Source: Rhodospirillales bacterium
GTDB lineage: Bacteria > Pseudomonadota > Alphaproteobacteria > Rhodospirillales > UBA2165
Assembly (NCBI GenBank): GCA_030745835.1
Contig: JASLNU010000010.1
Location: forward strand, 4,289 to 68,288
Length of the DNA: 64,000 nt
Direction of reading: 5' to 3'
Under the pieces are notes generated by a model. That model searched no databases. It was not told the origin of the DNA and worked only from the letters and a program-made list of their open reading frames with translations. Made by a program: the position numbers and the translations under genes. This document shows positions 57,497 through 64,000 of the stretch, in pieces; position 1 is the stretch's first letter; each line of letters opens with the position of its first letter.

Positions 57497-58327
57497 ATGG
57501 CAAGTGACGCAGCAAAAACGCATCCGTGGCATCTGGTCGAACCGAGCCCATGGCCGATTATGGGCGGTATCTCCGCCTTTGTCACGGCGGTCGGCGCGAT
57601 CATCTTCATGCATACCGATTTCGCCTGGCTCATGGTGTTGGGCTTTGTCCTGATCCTGATCGTGTTCTGGGGCTGGCTCCGCGACGTGATCGCCGAGGCC
57701 GAGGCCGGTACCTACCATTCGGCGCTGGTGCAAAAGGGCCTGCGTATCGGCATGATCCTGTTCATCACTTCCGAGGTGATGTTCTTCTTTGCCTTCTTCT
57801 GGGCTTACTTCCATTCCAGCCTGCCGATCCTCAACAACGTGGCCGGCACCTGGCCGAACGGCGATTTGAAGGCCATTGGCGCCAGCGGTATTCCCATGCT
57901 GAATACCCTGATCCTCTTGAGCTCGAGCGTCACGGTGACCATCGCGCACCACGCGATCCTGGAAAACCGGCGCCCGAAGGCGGTCATGTGGACGGCGATC
58001 ACCTTCATCCTCGGCATCATATTCCTGGGCTTCCAGGGGTTCGAATATGGCGAGCTGATCCTTCATTCGTTCAAAATCACGGACGGTATTTATCCGTCGA
58101 CCTTCTTCATGGCGACCGGCTTCCACGGCTTCCATGTGCTGCTCGGCACCTGTTTCCTGATCGTCTGCTTCTTCCGCCTGCGCGCCGGGCATTTCAAGCC
58201 CGATCAGCATGTCGGTTTCGAAGCCGCCGCCTGGTATTGGCACTTCGTCGATGTGGTCTGGGTGTTCCTCTACATCAATGTATATTTTTGGGGCGCCTCG
58301 TCCTTTGGTCACGTTGCGGCGGGCTAA
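57497..58327 (+). CDS. coxC: Cytochrome c oxidase subunit III
   Basis: 276 aa with HPWHLVEPSPWP, FGFEAAAWYWHFVDVVW. Confidence 0.95.
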   Translation: MASDAAKTHPWHLVEPSPWPIMGGISAFVTAVGAIIFMHTDFAWLMVLGFVLILIVFWGWLRDVIAEAEAGTYHSALVQKGLRIGMILFITSEVMFFFAFFWAYFHSSLPILNNVAGTWPNGDLKAIGASGIPMLNTLILLSSSVTVTIAHHAILENRRPKAVMWTAITFILGIIFLGFQGFEYGELILHSFKITDGIYPSTFFMATGFHGFHVLLGTCFLIVCFFRLRAGHFKPDQHVGFEAAAWYWHFVDVVWVFLYINVYFWGASSFGHVAAG

Positions 58328-58342
58328 GGGACAGTTAAGAGC

Positions 58343-58744
58343 TTGGGCGCATTAGCCTTGGGCGATAAGTCAGAAGAAATCTCGTCGCCCATCCTATTCG
58401 CGATCATCGGCCGCTGCCCGCGTTGCGGGAGCGGCCGGTTGTTTTCCGGCTTCCTGACCGTGCGCGCCGAATGCGATCACTGCGGGCTCGGCCTGACCGG
58501 GCATGACGCGGCGGACGGGCCGGCGGTGTTTATCATCCTGATCGTCGGTTTTATTGTCGGCGGCCTGGCCCTGTGGTTCGAACTGGCCGTTGAACCGCCG
58601 ACCTGGGTGCACATGGTGCTTTGGCCGCCGGTTATTGCCGTTCTTGCCCTCGGCGCGCTACGCCCGTTCAAGGGCGCCTTCATCGGCGCGCAATACAAGT
58701 ACCGGGCCGTAGACCGCGAATTCCCGCCCGAGGGCGATATTTAA
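58343..58744 (+). CDS. DUF983 domain protein
   Basis: CPRCGSGRLFSGFLTVRAECDHCGL zinc-ribbon followed by 2 TM. This is its usual position after coxC. Start is uncertain. Confidence 0.75.
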   Translation: MGALALGDKSEEISSPILFAIIGRCPRCGSGRLFSGFLTVRAECDHCGLGLTGHDAADGPAVFIILIVGFIVGGLALWFELAVEPPTWVHMVLWPPVIAVLALGALRPFKGAFIGAQYKYRAVDREFPPEGDI

Positions 58745-58788
58745 TTTCATTGATTTGAACTTCCGCAACCCGTCGGCGGGCTGCAATA

Positions 58789-59379
58789 TCACCGGGGGAT
58801 ATCGCTCAGGAACTTGGCGTAGATGGCGTTGATGCCCTGGCTGATGCGGGTGACCGCCTCGCCCACCGTGGCGCCCCTGGTGCCGACCGAGACCGCATAG
58901 GGTTTCAATAGGATCAGTTTGTCGTCGCGCGACCGTTTCACGCTCAGCTCCAATTCCACATTCACCTTGCCGGCTGCGCCCCGGACCTGTTCGAAACGCC
59001 GGATTTTACCGGATACGATGAAATCGGGCTCGACGCGCATATCCGGCGTCACCACCGTCGGCGCCGCGTTCGCCGCCCTGAGGTAGGAAACCAATGCGTT
59101 CTGCAGCATGATCGGCGGCGGCTCCGCCCAAAAATGGTAGTGGTAGGCCCGCACTTCGCGGGCATTGACGCTATCGGTATAGACGATGGCGCGGCTGGCG
59201 GTCAGGCCGCTGGCGATAAAACGGTTCACCTCGACGATACCGGACAGGGTGCCGCCGGCGCCCGCCTTCGGAGCCGCGCCGCCGAGCCGGTAATAATGAT
59301 CCTCGGGCAAGGCCGGCTGCGTGCAGGCGGAAAGCAAAACAAGCAAGGCCGCCGCCGAAAGATGGATCATCCGCATCAT
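58789..59379 (-). CDS. ABC-type transport auxiliary lipoprotein (DUF330/PqiC-like)
   Basis: Lipobox LLSAC, an HYYRL block, and position as last gene of the MCE operon. Confidence 0.75.
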   Translation of the reverse strand: MMRMIHLSAAALLVLLSACTQPALPEDHYYRLGGAAPKAGAGGTLSGIVEVNRFIASGLTASRAIVYTDSVNAREVRAYHYHFWAEPPPIMLQNALVSYLRAANAAPTVVTPDMRVEPDFIVSGKIRRFEQVRGAAGKVNVELELSVKRSRDDKLILLKPYAVSVGTRGATVGEAVTRISQGINAIYAKFLSDIPR

Positions 59380-59410
59380 GTCAGCTCGCTCCTCGGTTCA
59401 AGCTCCAGCT

Positions 59411-60430
59411 TCATTTTGCCGCCGCCTTGTCGGCGGGCGGTGTGCCGCCGAGCAAAAGCCCCGGATTCTGGCGAATTTGGCGGCTGAATTCCTGCATGTT
59501 GCGGCTCGCGCCTTCCAGGTTCTGATTGATGGCTTCGATATGGCGGGCCACCGACGAGACCGCGTGCCGCATCTCGACGATGGAGCGGTCGACATCCAGC
59601 CGGTTGTCGGAAACCAAGGTCTCCACATTGCCGAACAATCCGTCCACCCGCTTCAGAAGGGCATCCAGATCCGTTCGCGTCCGGCCAAGCTCGTCGGTCA
59701 GGGTTTTCATGTTGTCGGCGGTGGTCTGCAGATTGCCGACGATCTGATCGAATGCCTCGACATTCCTCTTGCTCAGCATCCGGTTCAACTGTTCGGCGCC
59801 GTCATTGAGCCGGTTCGAAAAATTCTCGATATTATCGACAATGTCCGGCGTTGAGGCGCTGAGGTTCTGTAATATCGATTGCACGTCCTTGGCCACGGCG
59901 CCGCCGCTTTCGCCCATGATCTCGGTAAACCCGCCGACCGCCTTGCTGATTTGCGCGATCATCGGTTTGACATCGGTTTCCGTCAGCTGGCGCACTTCAT
60001 CGGCCAGGCTGGAAACCGACTGCAATATATTGGCCGCCTCGACGCTCTCGATGCGCGCGCCGGGCTTCAGCAGATCGGTTTTCTCTCCCGCCTTGAGGTT
60101 GATGGTCACCGCCGCCAAAAGCCCCGAGGATACGATTTCCGCGCGGCTATCGGCCGGCACCTTCCAGCCCTCCTTGACCGAAAAATCGACTTTGAACTTT
60201 ACCCGGCCATCTTCCTCCATCGGGCTGACCTGCTCGACCTGGCCGATGTGGAAGCCTTCGTAAAGAACCCGCGTGCCGAACTCGACGCCGGTCACGTTTT
60301 TGTAGATCGCATAATAATCGTCGGTCGCTCCGGTGCGCCCGGTGAGCGCCGCCACCGACGCCACCAGCCCGATCAGGACGACAAGCACGAAACTGCCGAC
60401 GATGACATAGTTCAGGCGGTTGTTTTTCAC
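59411..60430 (-). CDS. MlaD/MCE family protein
   Basis: 339 aa: N-terminal TM, MCE domain (YKNVTGVEFGTRVLYEGFHIGQV), long helical C-terminus. Confidence 0.85.
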   Translation of the reverse strand: MKNNRLNYVIVGSFVLVVLIGLVASVAALTGRTGATDDYYAIYKNVTGVEFGTRVLYEGFHIGQVEQVSPMEEDGRVKFKVDFSVKEGWKVPADSRAEIVSSGLLAAVTINLKAGEKTDLLKPGARIESVEAANILQSVSSLADEVRQLTETDVKPMIAQISKAVGGFTEIMGESGGAVAKDVQSILQNLSASTPDIVDNIENFSNRLNDGAEQLNRMLSKRNVEAFDQIVGNLQTTADNMKTLTDELGRTRTDLDALLKRVDGLFGNVETLVSDNRLDVDRSIVEMRHAVSSVARHIEAINQNLEGASRNMQEFSRQIRQNPGLLLGGTPPADKAAAK

Positions 60431-61290
60431 AGCGGTGGGCTCTCCTCTACCGCAATGCCGGTCAGGCGCCGAAGATATTCGTCGGCGTCCAGGTTTTCCT
60501 CCTCGGTGCGCCGGTGCAAGATGTTTTGTATGCGCTCGTTATCGCTACCCCGAATTTCGTCAACGGTGCCTGCTTTTAGGATTTGGCCCTGATCGAGAAC
60601 GGTGATCCGGTCGGCGATTTTGAAAGCGCTGTCCAGTTCGTGGGTAACGACGACGATGCTCATCTGCAAGGCATCGCGCAGGCGCAGGATCAAATCATCC
60701 AGCGCCGACGCCACCACCGGATCGAGCCCGGCGCTGGGTTCATCGCAAAACAGGATTTGGGGATCCATGATGATGGCCCGCGCCAGCGCCGCCCGTTTGA
60801 TCATGCCGCCGGAAAGCTCGGACGGCATCAGGCCCTCGAACCCGGCGAGATCGACGACTTCAAGCTTCATGCGGGTCATGATTTCCATGGTCGAGTTATC
60901 AAGGTTGGTGTGTTCGGACAATGGCAGCATGATGTTCTCGCCGACGCTCAGGGAACTGAATAAAGCGCCGCCCTGGAAGGCTACGCCGATCTTCTTGGAT
61001 AGCTCGGCGCGCGCGACCGTGTTCAGTTTCGATATGTCCTGGCCGAGTATCTCGATGCTGCCCGATGTCGCCATCTCGAGCGCAAGAAGGTGGCGCATCA
61101 GGGTGCTTTTGCCCGATCCGCTGCCGCCCATGATGACCATGATCTCGGCCGGGCGCACGTTGAAATCAACGCCCTTCAGAATCATCCGGTCGCCGTAATG
61201 GGTCACCAGATCCTCGACCTTGATGTCGAATTCTTGGCGATCGTCGGTGGTCATGCTGTCGCTCATATCAACGTGTCGCGATGAATGCAA
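60427..61290 (-). CDS. ABC transporter ATP-binding protein (MlaF-like)
   Basis: Walker A GGSGSGKST, signature LSGGMIKR, Walker B LFCDEPS. The start may be 61266. Confidence 0.9.
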   Translation of the reverse strand: MHSSRHVDMSDSMTTDDRQEFDIKVEDLVTHYGDRMILKGVDFNVRPAEIMVIMGGSGSGKSTLMRHLLALEMATSGSIEILGQDISKLNTVARAELSKKIGVAFQGGALFSSLSVGENIMLPLSEHTNLDNSTMEIMTRMKLEVVDLAGFEGLMPSELSGGMIKRAALARAIIMDPQILFCDEPSAGLDPVVASALDDLILRLRDALQMSIVVVTHELDSAFKIADRITVLDQGQILKAGTVDEIRGSDNERIQNILHRRTEEENLDADEYLRRLTGIAVEESPPL

Positions 61291-62083
61291 AAATCATATC
61301 GGTGATGACGATGGCCGAAATGGCTTGAACCACGGCGCGCGTGGTGACCCGCCCGACGCCTTCGGCGCCGCCGGTGACCGAAGCCCCGTTGACCACCCCG
61401 ATCAGGGTGATCAGCACCGCGAAAATGGCCGACTTGCCGATGCCGTGCCAAAGATCGCCGTTGGACAAGGCATCGATCGTCTGGCTCCAATAGGCGGCCT
61501 GGCTGATGCCGAGGTCGAACGATACGTAGAGGCCGGCCGCGTAAAGCGCCACCATATCGGATAAAAAAGTCAAGGCCGGCAGCATCACCACCATGGCCAG
61601 CAGCGCCGGCACCACCAGATAACGGACCGGATGGATGCCCATCACGCGCAGGGCATCGATTTCCTGATTGATCTGCATGGTCGAGAGCCGCGCCGCCAGT
61701 GCCGAGCCGGACCTTCCGGCAACCAGGATGCCGGTGATCAGTGCCGAAAATTCACGCACCACGGACAGCGATATGCCGAAAACCACCTGCGATTCGGCGC
61801 CGAAAATGCTCAGCGTGAAGATGCCCTGGATGGCCAGCATGACGCCGATGGTCGCTGACAGAAGCGCCACGATGGGAATCGCGAAGACGCCGATTTCCAT
61901 CATCTGCTGGACCACGGCGCGCATCCGCACCGGCTGTCCCAGCTTGGCGCCGGCGATCAGCCAATAAAGGCTTTCGCCGACCAGCACCCCCCAATGGCCC
62001 ATCATCTCGATCATCGAAATCGAGCCCCTGCCGACCGCCTCGGTGTGGCGCAGGATCGCCGATCGGGGAGCGCCGTCGTTCAT
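61268..62083 (-). CDS. MlaE family ABC transporter permease
   Basis: 271 aa with the typical MlaE/Ttg2B TM pattern. The ATG directly abuts the upstream stop (TAAATG). Confidence 0.85.
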   Translation of the reverse strand: MNDGAPRSAILRHTEAVGRGSISMIEMMGHWGVLVGESLYWLIAGAKLGQPVRMRAVVQQMMEIGVFAIPIVALLSATIGVMLAIQGIFTLSIFGAESQVVFGISLSVVREFSALITGILVAGRSGSALAARLSTMQINQEIDALRVMGIHPVRYLVVPALLAMVVMLPALTFLSDMVALYAAGLYVSFDLGISQAAYWSQTIDALSNGDLWHGIGKSAIFAVLITLIGVVNGASVTGGAEGVGRVTTRAVVQAISAIVITDMIFAFIATR

Positions 62084-62404
62084 TTAGGTTGCGTCTCCGA
62101 GGCTGGCATGGATGGTGAAAATCTTATCGAGACGCGCCAACTGGATAACCCGCATGGCTTCTTCGCTGACCGATACCAGGGCAAACTCGGTGCCGCTGGC
62201 GCGTGCCGACTGGAACGATTCGACCAACGAGGCGACGCCGGAACTATCGATATAGGTGACCCCGGACATATCCACGAACACCGGTTTTCCCTCGCCGACG
62301 CAGTCGAGAAGGATGGTGCGCGCCTTGGGCGAGCTTTCCAGGTCAACCTCGCCGCGAAATTCGACGATGGTGTTGCCCTGGTCTTCGCGTATCGAATGTT
62401 CCAC
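62084..62404 (-). CDS. STAS domain protein (anti-sigma-factor-antagonist type)
   Basis: 106 aa. The block DMSGVTYIDSSGVASL contains the DSSG phospho-serine motif of SpoIIAA/RsbV-like proteins. GTG start at 62404. Confidence 0.85.
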   Translation of the reverse strand: MEHSIREDQGNTIVEFRGEVDLESSPKARTILLDCVGEGKPVFVDMSGVTYIDSSGVASLVESFQSARASGTEFALVSVSEEAMRVIQLARLDKIFTIHASLGDAT

Positions 62405-62406
62405 GT

Positions 62407-64000
62407 CTATGCCTCCATGGATTTCTTAACCATGCGTAATACATTACCGTATTTGCCCTCGGGCTGAAGGTAGCCGACTTCGTCCATAATTTGGCGCATG
62501 AAATGGACGCCGAGCCCGCCCGGCCGGACATCGTCCAGATCGCGCGGCTGGATACTTGCTTCATCCACCGGTTCGGCATAATCGCGCAGGATTATAACCA
62601 GTTGATCTTTCTCCGAACAAATTTCGATATCGATCAATTGGTCGGAATCGCCGCCATAGCCGTGGCGGATAATATTCTGGCAAGCCTCGTCGATGACCAG
62701 CACGATATCGGGCACATCGGTGCCGTCATAGCCGATATCTTCGAAGAATCGCCGCACCGCGTGGCGCGCGTCCCGCAATCGGGCGGCGCGCGCCGGAATG
62801 CTGTATTCCAGGCGCGGATCGACGGTTTGCCCGGGCGCCGTGCCGTCGTCGGCCGCCGCCGCGCCAAGTGGCCGGTCGGGGCGGGAATCGATCCCCAGAA
62901 TGGTGATGTCGTCATGCAAATCGCCGCCCCGGTCGAGGCCGGCGACGACGCGTTCGAGCCGGGTCCTGAGATCCGCATCCGCCGTTTCATCCAGTATTTC
63001 GCGCACGCCGCCGGCGCCGAGCATTTCGCCGTTGGCCAGCTTGCCTTCGGTAACACCGTCGCTGAACAGGTAAAGGGCGCCGCCATCAAGGCGGATATCA
63101 AACTCGGGATAACCATCCTCGGGAATGATGGCGACGGCGATACCGAGCGGCGGCGCCTCGGCCTCGAAGGTTTCGTACATGCCGTCGGGCGTGCGTTTGA
63201 GGGGCGGCTCGTGGCCGGCGTTGGCGATCCGCGCGGTCATCGACTTGGGATCATAGATGCCGCCGACAAGGGTCACGAACATGCCGCGCGTGGCGGTGTC
63301 GCAAATCTCCTCATTGAGGCGCGCCAGCAACTTTCCCGGGCGGGTTTCGGTCTTGCCCAAGCAGTGATAGAGGCTGGCGGTTTTGGCCATCAGCATGGCC
63401 GCGTTGATGCCCTTGCCCGATACGTCGCCCAGGCAAAATGAAATACGTCCGTCCTCCAACTCGAAGAAATCGTAAAAATCGCCGGAAACCGTGCGCGCCG
63501 GAATATTCAAACCGAAAACGGGATAGGGCTGTTTCGGACGCGGCGGCAAAAGGCTGCGCTGGATTTCGGCGGCAAGTTCCAATTCGCGCTTGGTTTTTTC
63601 CTGCTCGACAAGTTCGCTGGCCATGCGCGCATTGAGGATGGCCAGCGCGGCGGAACTGCACAATACCTGCAGCAATGTCAGATCGGCGTCGTCGAACAGG
63701 CCGTCGCCGCCGTGCTTGTTGATCAATTCGATGGCGCCGATGCGGTCATCCTTGACACTCAAGGGCGCGCACAGGATGGAGCGGGTGGTAACACCGGTCT
63801 TGGCGTCGACCGAGCCGTCGAAACTGGGATCGGCGGCCACGTCGCGGACGATATCGCCGCGGTTGGTCTGTATGCAGCGGCCGATGATGCCGTGATTGCT
63901 GCGCAGGGTCAGTCCGGTGATGTTGGCGGCGCCGACGCAGCATTGGCAGGTCAACAGGCTGCCGTCTTCTTCGAGGAGAAACAGGGCGCCGCCCTCGGCG
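62407..64000 (-). CDS. GAF - PP2C (SpoIIE-type) phosphatase - RsbW-like HATPase kinase fusion protein (5' end outside window)
   Basis: The frame stays open to the window edge. GAF block is ...RSILCAPLSVKDDRIGAIELINK. PP2C blocks are GDVSGKGINAAMLMA, ANAGHEPPL and LFSDGVTE. The C-terminal kinase has N-box EACQNIIRHGY and G-box GGLGVHFM. Confidence 0.85.
   Translation of the reverse strand, partial: AEGGALFLLEEDGSLLTCQCCVGAANITGLTLRSNHGIIGRCIQTNRGDIVRDVAADPSFDGSVDAKTGVTTRSILCAPLSVKDDRIGAIELINKHGGDGLFDDADLTLLQVLCSSAALAILNARMASELVEQEKTKRELELAAEIQRSLLPPRPKQPYPVFGLNIPARTVSGDFYDFFELEDGRISFCLGDVSGKGINAAMLMAKTASLYHCLGKTETRPGKLLARLNEEICDTATRGMFVTLVGGIYDPKSMTARIANAGHEPPLKRTPDGMYETFEAEAPPLGIAVAIIPEDGYPEFDIRLDGGALYLFSDGVTEGKLANGEMLGAGGVREILDETADADLRTRLERVVAGLDRGGDLHDDITILGIDSRPDRPLGAAAADDGTAPGQTVDPRLEYSIPARAARLRDARHAVRRFFEDIGYDGTDVPDIVLVIDEACQNIIRHGYGGDSDQLIDIEICSEKDQLVIILRDYAEPVDEASIQPRDLDDVRPGGLGVHFMRQIMDEVGYLQPEGKYGNVLRMVKKSMEA

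Overview
High-GC chromosomal segment that looks alphaproteobacterial (Rhodospirillales-like gene content and order). This is a guess from content, not a database result. Most of the window is tightly packed housekeeping DNA. It includes tadA, rluB, rsmD, mutL, pgi, an M16 peptidase pair, lspA-ileS-ribF, thrC, an aa3-type cytochrome c oxidase cluster (coxB-ctaD-ctaG-coxC plus ctaB), dsbB/dsbD/coq7, a heterodimeric ABC exporter, two TRAP transporter systems and an MlaEFD/MCE-type operon. There is one tRNA gene, tRNA-Leu(CAA) at 30040-30126. I saw no rRNA, CRISPR array, integrase or transposase.

Non-core features:
- Three lower-GC insertions: a Fic gene behind an AT-rich tandem-repeat spacer (about 380-1790); a tRNA-Leu-adjacent islet with a class III cyclase-like protein and a small zinc-ribbon ORF (about 28160-30040); and a gene-poor gap (about 45410-46320).
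- A family of three 260-330 bp intergenic elements (27821-28088, 31982-32307, 49010-49272). Each folds as an outer stem enclosing two hairpins. The hairpin cores are conserved between copies, but all stems differ in sequence while staying paired. I consider this the most unusual signal in the window.
- A divergent heme-copper-oxidase subunit-I paralogue next to DUF420 and ctaB.
- A GAF-PP2C-kinase fusion plus a STAS protein, translationally abutted to the Mla-type transporter.
- An apparent 1-nt frameshift in the signal peptide of a TAXI-TRAP binding protein.

The ORF track appears to translate GTG/TTG starts as M. Many long ORFs antisense to real genes are high-GC shadow ORFs. All functional calls rest on motifs I recognise by eye; no searches were run.
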